A stretch of 64,000 nucleotides of DNA. It comes from the human T2T-CHM13v2.0 reference genome, Homo sapiens. The stretch lies in NCBI RefSeq assembly GCF_009914755.1, contig NC_060946.1; one strand, 5' to 3'. This document shows, in pieces, positions 30,760-46,742 of the stretch (position 1 is its first letter; every line of letters begins with the position of its first letter). The notes under the pieces were generated by a model. That model made no database searches, was not told where the DNA came from, and was given only the letters and a program-made list of their open reading frames with translations. Both the position numbers and the translations under genes were made by a program.

Positions 30760-31292
30760 ATTTATACAATAATCTTTTTATAAAGAAACTTTGAATTATC
30801 CCCTCTAGTTTTGTCATATGCATTTACATATTTACTTTGTGATCATAGATTAGATTTGTCTCCTCCTTTTCCTCTGAACACTATATTGTGTACATTTTTA
30901 TTGTTTCTCTAGTCGTTATAATCTCTTTTTTAATAACCTTATAATATTTCAGTGAGTGACTACACAATGATTACGTAAACTTACTTAATGATTCTCTCAC
31001 TGTCGGAAGGCATTTTCAGTTTTACATAATGTAGATAATGTTGCCCAAAAGAGTTTCAGGCACATCAGGAATTTGTCCTCTTTCATTGAATTATTTCTTC
31101 ATTTTCCATGCTGATGTGGAGAAACGTTGGGCCAACAGGTATGAAGCAGCTTATAGTTCTGGATATGTCCTGCCAAATTACCCTGCAAAAATGTTTTACT
31201 AATTTGCATTGCTGCATAGTCTATAAGTATGCCATTAAAGTAGCTATCCAGCCAGCATTGGTCATCTGAATGGCTACTATTTTTTATTATAT
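30760..31292 (-). mobile_element. Ancient L1ME-like fragment, split by the L1PA insertion (resumes 37691..~37800)
   Basis: tgccaaattaccctgcaaaaatgttttactaattt...; after the insertion gaggttgagcattttcc. Confidence 0.55.
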
Positions 31293-31308
31293 AATAGAGA
31301 TAAAATGG

Positions 31309-31527
31309 TAATTAAACTAAAGAGCTTCTGCACAGCAAAAGAAACTACCATCAGAGTGAACAGGCAACCTACAGAATGGGAGAAAATTTTTGCAATCTAC
31401 TCATCTGACAAAGGGCTACTATCCAGAATCTACAAAGAACTCAAACAGATTTACAAGAAAAAAACAAACAACCCCATCAACAAGTGGGCGAAGCATATGA
31501 ACAGACACTTCTCAAAAAAGGACATTT
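31309..31527 (+). mobile_element. Internal L1 ORF2 fragment fused to the 5' end of the full-length L1
   Basis: Homologous to ~36666..36880 ([13 protein letters not shown]...RHFSK); lies inside the TSD pair. Confidence 0.9.
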
Positions 31528-31980
31528 GATGGGCGGTTCCAAGATGGCCGAATAGGAACAGCTCCAGTCTACAGCTCCAGCGTGAGTGACGCAGAAGACA
31601 GGTGATTTGTGCATTTCCAACTGAGGTACCGGGTTCATCTCACTGGGGCTTGTCAGACAGTGGGTGCAGGACAGTGGGTGCAGCGCACCGAGCGTGAGCC
31701 AAAGCAGGGCGAGGCATCGCTTCACCCGGGAAGCACAAGGGGTCAGGGAATTCCCTTTCATAGCCAAACAAAGCTGTGACAGACGGCACCTGGAAAACTG
31801 GGTCACTCCCACCCTAATACTGCACTTTTCCAATGGTCTTAGCAAACAGCACACCAGGAGATTATATCCCACGCCTGGCTCAGAGGGTGCCATGCACACA
31901 GAGCCTTGCTCGTTGCTAGCACAGCAGTCTGAGATCAAACTGCAAGGCGGCACTGAGGCTGGGGGAGGGGTGCCAGCCAT
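31477..31980 (-). CDS. L1 ORF0 homolog, open and C-terminally extended (167 aa); expression unknown
   Basis: [23 protein letters not shown]...[11 protein letters not shown] matches the ORF0 N-terminus; strong Kozak context gcaATGG. Confidence 0.55.
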   Translation of the reverse strand: MAGTPPPASVPPCSLISDCCASNEQGSVCMAPSEPGVGYNLLVCCLLRPLEKCSIRVGVTQFSRCRLSQLCLAMKGNSLTPCASRVKRCLALLWLTLGALHPLSCTHCLTSPSEMNPVPQLEMHKSPVFCVTHAGAVDWSCSYSAILEPPIKCPFLRSVCSYASPTC

Positions 31981-32553
31981 TGCTGAGGCTTGAGTAGGGA
32001 AACAAAGCAGCAGGGAAAATCAAACTGGGTGGAGCCCACCACAGCTCAAGGACGCCTGCCTGCTTCTATAGACCACCTCTGGAGGCAGGGCATAGCCGAA
32101 CAAAAGGTAGCAGAAACCTCTGCAGACTTAAATGTCCCTGTCTGACAGCTTTGAAGAGAGTAGTGGTTCTCCTAGCACAGAGTCTGAGATCTGAAAACGA
32201 ACAGACTGCCTCCTCAAGTGGGTCCCTGACCCCCAAGTAGCCTATCTGGGAGGTGCCACCCAGTAGGGGCAGACAGACACCTCACAATGCTGGGTACCCC
32301 TCTGAGACGAAACCTCCAGAGGAATGATCAGACAGCAACATTTGCTGTTCAGCAATATTTGCTGTCCTGCAGTCTCTGCTGCTGATACCCAGGCAAACAA
32401 GGTCTGGAGTGGACCTCCAGCAAACTCCAACAAACCTGCAGCTGAGGGTCCTGATTGTTAAAAGGAAAACTAACAAACAGAAAGGACATCCACACCAAAA
32501 CCCCATCTGTATGTCACTATCATCAAAGACCAAGGGTAGATAAAACCACAATC
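31531..32553 (+). promoter_or_regulatory. L1 5'UTR: internal sense promoter (YY1 motif AAGATGGCC) and antisense promoter
   Basis: aagatggccg at 31541; homology to the L1PA 5'UTR. Confidence 0.75.
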
Positions 32554-33565
32554 ATGGGGAAAAAACAGAACAGAAAAACTGAAAATTCTAAAAATCAGAG
32601 CACCTCTTCTCCTCCAAAGGAATGCAGCTCCTCACCAGGAACGGAACAAAGCCACACAGAGAATGACTTTGACAAGTTGAGAGAAAAAGGCTTCAGATGA
32701 TCAAAATTCTCCGAGCTAAAGGAGGAAGTTTGAACCCATCGCAAATGAGTTAAAAACCTTGAAAAAAGATTAGACAAATGGCTAACTAGAATAAGCAATG
32801 CAGAGAAGTCCTTAAAGGACCTGATGGAGCTGAAAACCATGGCATGAGAACTATCTGATGAATGCACTAGCTTCAGTAGCTGATTCGATCAACTGGAAGA
32901 AAGGGTGTCAGTGATTGAAGAGCAAATGAATGAAATGGAGTGAGAAGAGAAGTTTAGAGAAAAAAGAATTAAAATAAACGAACAAAACTGCCAAGAAATA
33001 TGGGACTATGTGAAAAGACAAAATCTACGTCAGATTGGTGTACCTGAAAGTGATGGGGAGAATGGAACCAAGTTGGAAAGCACTCTGCAGGATATTATCC
33101 AGGAGAACATCCCCAATCTAGCAAGGCAGGCCAACATTCAAATTCAGGAAATACAGAGAATGCCACAAAGATACTCCTCAAGAAGAGCAACTTCAAGACA
33201 CATAATTGTCAGACTCACCAAAGTTGAAATGAAGGAAAAAATGTTAAGGGCAGCCAGAGAGAAAGGTCGGGTTACCCACAAAGGGAAGCCCATCAGACTA
33301 ACAGCTGATCTCTTGGCAGAAACTCTACAAGCCAGAAGACAGTGGGGGCCAATATTCAACATTCTGAAAGAATTTTCAACCCAGAATTTCATATCCAGCC
33401 AAACTAAGCTTCATAAGTGAAGGAGAAATAAAATACTTTACAGACAAGCAAATGCTGAGAGATTCTGTCACCACCAGGCCTGCCCTACAAGAGCTCCTGA
33501 AGAAAGCACTAAACATGGAAAGAAACAACTGGTACCAGCCACTGAAAAAACATGCCAAATTGTAA
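32554..33565 (+). pseudogene. L1 ORF1p, disrupted
   Basis: MGKKQNRKT... start; several TGA stops; frameshift near 33370. Confidence 0.92.
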
Positions 33566-33628
33566 AGACCATCAATGCTAGGAAGAAACTGCATCAACTA
33601 ACGAGCAAAATAACCAGCTAACATCATA

Positions 33629-37452
<3,824 letters not shown>

Positions 37453-38219
37453 ACAATGAGAACACTTGGACACAGGAAGGGGAACATCACACCCCGGGGC
37501 CTGTTGTGAGGTGGGGGGAGTGGGGAGGGATAGCATTAGGAGATATACCTAATGTAAATGACGAGTTAATGGGTGCAACACACCAACATGGCACATGCAT
37601 ACATATGTACCAAACCTGCACGTTGTGCACATGTACCCTAGAACTTAAAGTATAATAAAAATATATATGTAAAAAATAGAGATAAAATGGAATGTCCATA
37701 TTTTCTTTTGATAACCAGCGAGGTTGAGCATTTTCCAGGGTATGCAATTTCTACTTGCATTTCTTCATATATGAATGTTCTGTTTGTACCATTTACCCCT
37801 TTGATTTAGGAGTTTTAGATAGTGTATACTGAGAGGGTTACTGACAGTGGCCTGGGAGATAAACTCCATTTAAAGGAGAGTTTGTGGGGAAAGAAAAGTG
37901 CCTCCCATGAAGCTTGGGCTTTTTAAGACCCCAGAACGTGTTTTGAGCAAAACATAGCTAAGCCATAGATGTGAGGGCCCTTAATGGGACTGTTAGGGGA
38001 GACGTTATTACCAAGATTTATTTGTCTCATTCCAGGCTGTAAATTCATTTCTTAGCCCAGTTTCACCATGTGCCATAAATAACAAGGCTGTGTAAACAAA
38101 TATCGCCCAGACACATGAACCAATTGAAATTAGACTTAAAAAATACTAATAACACTGCCATTACTTGATTCTTGTTTATGTCATGACCCACGGTCACTCA
38201 CTCTTGACTGCCCCCAAAC

Positions 38220-38320
38220 CTACACATACAGACATGCACACACAGAAGCACATACATATATGCATGCCTACAGAGACATATATACACACACACAGACACA
38301 CAGACACACACACACCCACC
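38220..38320. repeat. Degenerate (CA)n tract
   Basis: Direct reading. Confidence 0.85.
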
Positions 38321-39764
38321 ATGGTTGCTTGAGAGACAAATGACCCCATAAGGCTATCCTAACCAAGTACGCAGAAGTGGAGAAACATGCTGACAGATAA
38401 ATAACTGTTAGAAAAAAATTAATATTTCCTTAAGTACTTCTTCAGATCGAATAGTATTTCCTAGGAGATACGTGAGAAAATAAGAGGCAGAGAAATATGG
38501 GCTTGTTGCCAGCTTTCAATCACTGCCCATCCCTTAGGTGAGAAAATATGAGGGTTTAATTGAGTAGCTCAATAGACAGTGAAAATGACTCGACATACAC
38601 AGTCAAAATTAAGAGACGAACCAATCAGGGGATGATTTAGTGACTCAAGTTTGCAATTACAGCCTTCAAAGGCATCCCTGTCTCCTTGTTTCCCTACAAA
38701 ATCCTTGGGCTGGTATGTCAAAGCCTGGTAATAACAGTAACAGCAACCATCAATAGCAATTCTGAGTGATTCTTAATGAATCAAGGACCTAGAAGTTTCC
38801 ATACAAATCACAGAGACATACTGTGCCACTGGACCTCGCAAGATAAGTTTAAGCAGCAATTTTAGATAATAGGGCCACACCATATTGAGTCCCTCTCATG
38901 TGCCAAGCAATGAGGTTTCACCGTCAGAGCAGCCCCGGCAGCAGATCAGAGGAGCAGTCTGTCTACATCTCAGGTCTGCCTGAATCCAAAGCTCAAGATC
39001 TTCTCCTGCCCCATGCTGATGATTCAGTGGTCACCATGTTAGTATCATGATTTGGAGCGCTTTCCCCACATGTCATCTTATTAGATTCCTATTCACTGAA
39101 CACTTTGAGGACCTACAGTATGCCAGACACTGTATGGAATCCAGGATGCAACACTGAATAATACATAATCCTTGGCCTCAGAGTGCTTTGGGTCTGGTGT
39201 AGGAGAGAGATCAATGTTTTAAAAAATTAAAATACAATATGAAGCTCACCATGATGGGGATAGGCAGAGGTGCTATGGAGACGATCAGGAAAAGATTTAT
39301 TTGCCCCTGAAGGAACTGAGGCTTAGAAAATTTCCCTGACTTGTCTAAGGTCCCACAGCTAATACATGGCACAGCTACCTTCAGCATCTGCCAACTACCT
39401 ACATTCTACTGGGTGTTGATTTTCCCATCTGTAACGTGGACATACTGCCTCACAGGCTTTTTGAAATGCATGCGAAGGTATTTTATGAAACTTAAAAGAA
39501 TTTAACAAATGTTATTTATGGTTGGTGCTACTGTTATTATCAGGCTATGTATGACATACTAGCCCAAGGATTTTATAGGAACAAAAAAGAGACAGAAAAT
39601 GAGTGAGAGAGCTCAAATATAGGTGCCATAGGATCATTTTGTCTGATTTAACATCAATTTTAAATCAATAATTGATCAAACAAATTGACGGCCTACAGCA
39701 TGCATGGCACTGTGATAGACTCTGGGGATATAGCAGTAAATAAGACAGACAAACCACCAATTAA

Positions 39765-40082
<318 letters not shown>

Positions 40083-40089
40083 TAGTCAA

Positions 40090-40570
40090 TAAATAATGTT
40101 CAACCATGCAACAAAGGAGAAGTTTGGGGAACATGAGGGCTTATAAAGGGGAGGCTGACCTGCTCTGGAAGGGCAGAGAAGGCTTTCCTGAGGAAGTATG
40201 GTGAGTTGAGAGCTGAAGTTGAGTAGGAGTTCCAGGAAGAAGGAAGAGTACGTGAGGAAGGCCCAGAGGCAGGAAGGAGCATGCTCCTAAAGGCCAGTGT
40301 GGCTGGAGTCAAGACAGCAAGGGCAACAGTGGAGAGAGATAAAAGTAGGGCCCTATATGTGATGGTGAGAAATATAGACAATGAGGACCAGTAAAGAGCT
40401 CGGAGCAAAGAAGCACCATCATGGGGTTGACATTTGTAAAACCTCACTGTGTTGGAATCGAACGGAAAAGAGGCAAACTGGATGTGCCAAGGCCAGTGAG
40501 GAGAATATTGCTCTGGTTCAGGGAAGAAAGGATGAAGCTTGGACCTGGGAGTTGGCAATGGAGATGGAAT
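40090..40570 (-). mobile_element. L2 fragment (3' end at ~39670-39755, split by the Alu)
   Basis: ggaagggcagagaaggctttcctgaggaagt; ggcccagaggcaggaaggagcatg; aaggccagtgtggctggag. Confidence 0.7.
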
Positions 40571-41329
40571 TCCTCAAAGGACAGATGCTAGTGAAATACA
40601 AGATCTTTCTAATAAGAAATCTTTCCCATTTAAACAATGTTGGAAACCATGTAGTCATCTAGTACTGCATGTGTGTGAATGTGTCTTTCTCATTAAACTG
40701 CATGTTTCCGCTCCCTAGCCGAGCCCCTTGCACATAAAGAAGTCCTCCATAAATGTTGTTTCTTCACACTGACTTTAGATGGAATGTACCAGCAGTGAGC
40801 ATCCTGCATTCTTGGATAGATGTGAGTTGAGAAGTATGAGAAAGAAAAACGCTTGAATCCAATCCAGATTATTTTTTCTCTTCTGTAATATAGATCCTTC
40901 TTGTCAGTTAATTCTGAGTGATTTCTCAGATAAAGGCAACTTAAGCTGCCTCATGCCATCCAAACTATGTCTGCCTGGAGGAAATTAAACTGCCGTGTCC
41001 ATGCAGTGTAACACTTGGCAGAAAAGAGACAGTGCTTCATGTTCCTGCAGTGGTATCCCATCTTTTCATAACCGCTTCCACTTGCTCTTCCTCCTCTGGC
41101 TGCCAGAGAAATAACCCCCACTTCTTCCTCTTGTATCTTTTAAGGACCTATGGTGCTTTCTTAGTTCAGAAGATAGGGCTGGAGTCCACCTCTTCATCTG
41201 GACTTCTTGGGCCATGCAGATGACCGTGATAACATATATTTTGCCTGCACCACCTCAGTAGCCATGCTGTAGGCCAACCCTAAAATTTCAGAGATGAGGC
41301 CCATCCAAGAAGATGAGGTGGTGGTGATT

Positions 41330-41760
41330 GTCATAGAGCAGGTTTCCTAGAAGCTGAGCCTGAGATGGGGGAGGAACCTGGAGGGGAGTGAGGGAAGCAG
41401 GACAAGGTAGGGAAGAGGCTAGACAACAACGTGGCTTCAGTAGAAGCCTGGACAGCCTGATTCCTCTGGGAGCCTGAGCATAAACTGCAGCAAGGACGTT
41501 TTCCTGCCCAAATGCAAGACAGCTGGGCCTTGATTCCCACACAAAAGTCACTGGTCATGGGCTGCACTTCATGGTGACTGGGGAACTTGATCTCCCAGGC
41601 ATCCCTAGGGAAAGGGCTCCATCAGCCAAGATTAAGCCTCCACAGAAGAAAGCAGCTGGATGCCCTTAGCTACTGACAGCTGCAGTAGCTGGGGGAGGAG
41701 GGTGAGTGCACTGGCCAAGCAAATGGGACCTGCATAGGGCAGCGAGAGCATCTGCTAGAG
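41330..41760. mobile_element. Possible old ERVL LTR (LTR16/33-like)
   Basis: gcaggtttcctagaagctgagcctgagatgggg...ctgggccttg...gtcactgg motifs. Confidence 0.4.
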
Positions 41761-42001
41761 AATTCATTCCAGTTCTTAAAGTATGCATTTGTGATGAGGA
41801 TGGTGGTTCAGGAGAATGTTCCAAGGGAAATGCTGTGAACCAGCCACTCCCATACTGCGTGTTCTTGAATAAGTAACATCCCCTCTGTGAATCCCCTTGA
41901 CCTTCTACTAAGTGAGTTACCGGTTATAAAATACTTCCTGTCTCTACATTTCTGACATGAATCCTAAACTCCAATTAGGTTAGAGTCTATTGGAGAATTT
42001 C

Positions 42002-42120
42002 GATTTTTTTTTTTTTTTTTTTTTTCCTTGAGAAGGAGTCTCTCTCTGTCGCCTAGGCTGGAGTGCAGTGGCGGGATCTCGGCTCACTGCAAGCTCCGCC
42101 TCCTGGGTTCATGCCATTCT
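42002..42120 (-). mobile_element. Severely 5'-truncated AluY-type element (~90 bp plus tail)
   Basis: caagctccgcc / gccattct AluY diagnostics; TSD TCTATTGGAGARTTTC at 41986..42001 and 42118..42133. Confidence 0.9.
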
Positions 42121-43891
42121 ATTGGAGAGTTTCTATAACCAAAGAAGATAACTTGGAAAATGCATTAGTCTCTGCCATTTGGGAGTCCAGAAGCATGTGT
42201 TTGCTGGAAAATTTAGGAGTGGAGCGTGAGAGGGAAGTGAAGTGATCCCATAGACCATGAGGCCATAGACCATGAGGTCCTCCAGGCCAGCAGCTATAGT
42301 TCCTCATCCTCCAATGCCCAACCAGCAACTGGCATTTAAAGTCTATGTGAAGAAGGAGAGAGAGGTAGAGCAAAAGAAGAGAGACACGGGAGCTAGGAAA
42401 GTAGCTGGAAAGTCCTGTGGTAGTTATTTTATTTTGATTTCCCCAATCCCCTCAACTTAGATAGCAATGAGGATGCTTCTAAACATGTACAAACGAACCT
42501 GAAAATATAGACAGAGGAAGAATCTGCCAGAAAGGTAAGAAGAAAAGCAAGAGAAACCTACATCTCAGAACCCATTCTAGGTTATGGAAGAGTGGTCGCT
42601 AGTGTCACATGCTGCCAAGAAGTCAAGTAGAAAAGGATGGAAGAGATCCGAGTAGAATTGGCAGCCTGGAGGTGATTGGCAACTTCCTTTGGCAAGAAGA
42701 GTTCTTGATTCCGTGAACTTGCATTCATTCCCATGGCTGCGTTCTCCCATGGGAGGGCTGGCAGAGGCTGAAGGATGGAGGGAGGTGATGGGGAAGAGAA
42801 GAGATCCAGGCTCCTTCACGCATCCCCACGCGGATAATAGAATGCTGCTTAAACTGCCCTGCTCACACCCCCTTTCAAGTCAAGAATTGGAGCTAATGGT
42901 AAAAACATTCCATATGTTCTGAGTGGCTACAAACTCATTATTGTGCCTTGGCTGGCAATGTAGCCCTTCAGTTAATGAAATCCGGTGCTGGAGCAAATGA
43001 ATCCATGCAGGAGAGGGGTGTCTGATGGTGGCAGCTGAGCTTCAATTTTTTTCACTTTTTATTTCTTCTCCCGCAGCCCCATCCCAGAAAGAGAAAGAGC
43101 TAAGAGAAAGGGGGAGAAAAGAAACAGGACTTAAAACAGCCCCCAAGTCCAAACAACAAAAACAGCAATCGCTATATTTCAAAGCCAGTGCAAATTAGAC
43201 TAAGCGGCCGCAGAAGCCAAATGGAAATCGTAATTCTTCCAGTCCCTTGCTGCTCAGACACGTGTAATAGGTTTGGCAGAGAGTCAAGGAATACAGGGGC
43301 CAAGCCGCGGTATGTTTTAAAGAATCTGAAGCCTGTTCACTGTGGGGAAGCCAGATTTCTGCACAGCTCGGAAGGAGGGACGTCTGGACCAGGCTGGACA
43401 GGTCCAATTCTCCATTGGAGAAGGGCCCTGGACCTTTCAGAGACTTGGAAGCCTAAGGTCAGGGGCAGGTCTGTCCAGGTGAACAGGAGTCATGCACAGG
43501 CAGGGCAGGGTTTGGTTGGGGAAGCCTGTAGACCACCCAGGACCAGGAAGCTATGAAGCAGTCTCCTTTAGGGAGCTGGAGAACAGCCTGAGAAGGCTGC
43601 AGAGGAGGCTGCCAGGAAGTGATCTTGGTTACATTTGTCACAACAGTGAGGGAGAGGAGAAGGAAGGAGACACAGAAAGGAATTGCCATCCTCTGTTCCG
43701 ACACTCTGCTGGGCATTCTCATTCAACTCCCTGAGATGGCCACCAGCCTGCCTGCTTCCCAGAGGAGGAAACTGAGGAGCAGAGAGCTCAAGGAGCCTGC
43801 CCACTGTCATAGAGCTGGAAATGGGGGTTAAGAGTCAGCATTTGAACCCAGTTCATCCTAAGTTCCAAGCTCATGCTCTCTCACCTACCAG

Positions 43892-44724
43892 TGATACGGA
43901 AGGGGGGCAGGAAAGTGCTGAGAAGGGAAGGGCATGATCCCTGGCAAGGACTCCACCCCAGGAGCCTGTGTCTACTGACCTAGGTGAGGGCAGGCACTTC
44001 TGCCTTTGTGCCCAAATGTTGCATTTTCCAAGACCATCCTGGCCCACCACACCCCCATCCTGTGCCTAAAAAAACCCCAGGACCCTAGCAGACAGAGACA
44101 TAAGCGGCTGGACATTGAGAGGAACACATCAGCAGAAGACACAAGCGGCTGGGGAACATCAAGGGGAACACGCCGGCAGAAGAGCACACCGACAGACACC
44201 TGTAGGCCTGCAGGCCATTGACCAGTGGAACAACTTGGAGTTTGGCTGGCGGGGCCGGGCGGGGGTATCAGAGGAGAGACTGGGCAGCTGAGCGGCCTGA
44301 CTCCAGGGGAAAACCACCTCATTTCTGGCTCCCCCATCTGCTGAGAACTACTTCCAGTTAATAAACTCTCACACTCATTTTCCAAGCCCAAGTGTGATCC
44401 AATTCTTCCGGTACACCTAAGTACCCCGGTACACCCGGACATACAAAAAGCCCTCTGTCCTTCTGATAAGGCAGAGTGTCTAACTGAGCCAACTAACACC
44501 AGCTACGTTCTGAGGGCTAAACTAAAAGAGCACCCTGTAACAAATGCCCACGGGGGCTTCATGAGCTGTAAGCATTCACCCCTAGATGCTGCCATGGGAT
44601 CGGAACCCCATCGCCTGTCCATCTGCATGCTCCCCCTAGAAGTTTGAGCAGTGGGGCACCAAAGAAGCGAGTCACACCCCTATCACATGCCCTGTGAGGG
44701 GGACAAAGAACTTCTCCTGTTTCA
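43892..44724 (+). mobile_element. ERV1 solo LTR (LTR1-family-like)
   Basis: TGATACGG...TTTCA termini; 4-bp TSD CCAG; TATA-like cctaaaaaaaccc at ~44066; AATAAA at ~44360. Confidence 0.85.
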
Positions 44725-44725
44725 C

Positions 44726-44935
44726 CAGGGGTTGGCAAACGTTTTCTGTAAAGTGCCAGATTTTTAGGTCTGCAAACCATAGAGTCTCTGTTGTAAATAC
44801 TCAACTCTGTTGTTGTAGTCTAAAAGCAGCCATTTGTAAACAAGTGAACATGGCTGTGTTCCAATAAAACTTTACAAGCACAGGTGGTGAGCCAGATTTG
44901 CCTCATGGGTCATAATTTGCCAATACATGCCCTAC
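44726..44935. mobile_element. MER58A hAT MITE
   Basis: caggggttggcaaac..ttttctgtaaag...ggctgtgttccaataaaacttta...tttgcc. Confidence 0.85.
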
Positions 44936-45505
44936 ACTAATACAAAAAGGGAAAAACAGGACATTGCAGAGACTTGTTGGAGGAAGCCATCTTAAGACTA
45001 TGTGACATATGCAACTAAAGCAAATTTACTCACACAACAGCTGGCAATATGACATAAGGGTTAGAGCACAAGTTTTATGTAAGACGGTCCTGAGTTTGAG
45101 TCTGACTTTGCCCCCACACTGGTCAGTTAAGCTGGGTCAAATTACTCAACCTATTTTAGTCCCTGTCTCCTCTCACATTAACTGGAGATAATAGTAAGAT
45201 CTAACTCAATAACCTTGTAAGAATTAAACAAAATAATTATTGTACTTAGCACAGACTTGACACATAAACACTCAGTAAATATTCACTTCAATTATTTCAG
45301 CATATTCCCAATCATCAACAGACCTGCAAAGTGAGTCTCCTCTCCTGCATGTCATAGATGAGAACACAAAGTCTCCGTAGGATTAAGGGCGGTGCCCATG
45401 GCCACACAGCTGGGAAGGGGCGGAGCTAGATTGGGAGCTGACTTCTCCAAGAGTCTAACACTCATTTTTCCATCCCATTGTGGAAGGAAGAAAATACCCA
45501 AAGAC

Positions 45506-45823
45506 GGCCGGGTGCGGTGGCTCACGCCTGTAATCCCAGCACTTTTGGAGGCTGAGGCAGGCGGATCACGAGGTCAGGAGATTGAGACCATCCTGGCTAA
45601 CACGGTGAAACCCCATCTCTATTAAAAAATACAAAAAATTAGCCAGGTGTGGTGGCAGGCACCTGTAGTCCCAGCTACGCAGGAGGCTGAGGCAGGAGAC
45701 TAGTGTAAACCCGGGAGGCAGAGATTGCAGTGAGCCGAGACTGCACCACTACACTGCAGCCTGGGCAACAGAGTGAGACTCTGTCTCAAAAAACAAAAAA
45801 AAAGAAAAAAGAAAAAGAAAAAA
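45506..45823 (+). mobile_element. Alu (Sc/Y-like), full length
   Basis: ggccgggtgcggtgg...; 18-bp TSD AAGAAAATACYCAAAGAC at 45488..45505 and 45824..45841. Confidence 0.97.
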
Positions 45824-46334
45824 AAGAAAATACTCAAAGACCAGACATGTGGACAACAGAAAGCAAGAGCAGAAAGACATGACATTCAGCTCCAAAGCAT
45901 GCGAACAGATCTGTCATGGTGTTCTCTGCAGAGTCACAGAGGATCACTATCCAGAGCTCTAACCTGGGTCAGGAACCAGGCCTGTCATGACAGTTTTCTG
46001 GAGGCCACACTCTTGATTAAAAATATTGCCTTGGTGTGAAAAGCCACCTCCTCTGATAGATTTGCACAGCTCCAGAAGCCTGTGGGGGCAGAAGCAGGGA
46101 GCCAATTATCTTCCCATTGCTCTGGACCATGGAGGAAAAGGGCAATGGCATTCTTTTCTGCCTGGAAGGGGAGACAGCAAAGCCACTCTGATGCTCAAAT
46201 GTTTCAGGGGCTCAGTTATCCAGTGCTCTTGCCCAAAGCAGACTGGATAGAACATTCCAGCAGAAAAAAATAAATGGACTTTGAAAAATCACTGCTTCAG
46301 TTGATTCCTGGCAGAGGTGCCTCCTTCTTCATGC

Positions 46335-46742
46335 CTTTGGGGTGTATGTTGGGGTGGCTATTAAAACAAAAGGCCAGAAGCTGGAAATCCAGGTATCAGT
46401 GGGGTCTTTCTCTTTCTCTGGGGAGAATCTGTTCCTTGCCCTCACCAAGTTTTGGTGGCTGCCCTGGCATCGTTGGGCTTGTGGCCACATCACACCAACC
46501 TCTGTCTCTATCTTCACATTGCCTCTCCCCGATGTGTCTCTCTCTTGTAAGGATGCGTGTCAGTGGATTTAGAGTCCACCCAAATAAGTATGATATTCCC
46601 ATCACAAGATTCTTAATTATATCTTTGAAAAAAAAAACCCTTAATTACACCTTTTTCCAAATAAAATCCCATTCACAGTTTCCAGGGACTAGGACAGAGA
46701 CATATCTTTTAGCAGGCAGGGGCATTATTCAATCCACTGCAG
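46335..46742 (-). mobile_element. MLT1C/D-like LTR fragment
   Basis: ggccagaag.tggaaatccaggt; ggggagaatctgttccttgcc; gtaaggatgc...ggatttag. Confidence 0.7.

Noticed and set aside
43972-44499. 175-aa ORF
   Set aside because: Antisense of a GC-rich LTR; no gag/pol/env motifs.
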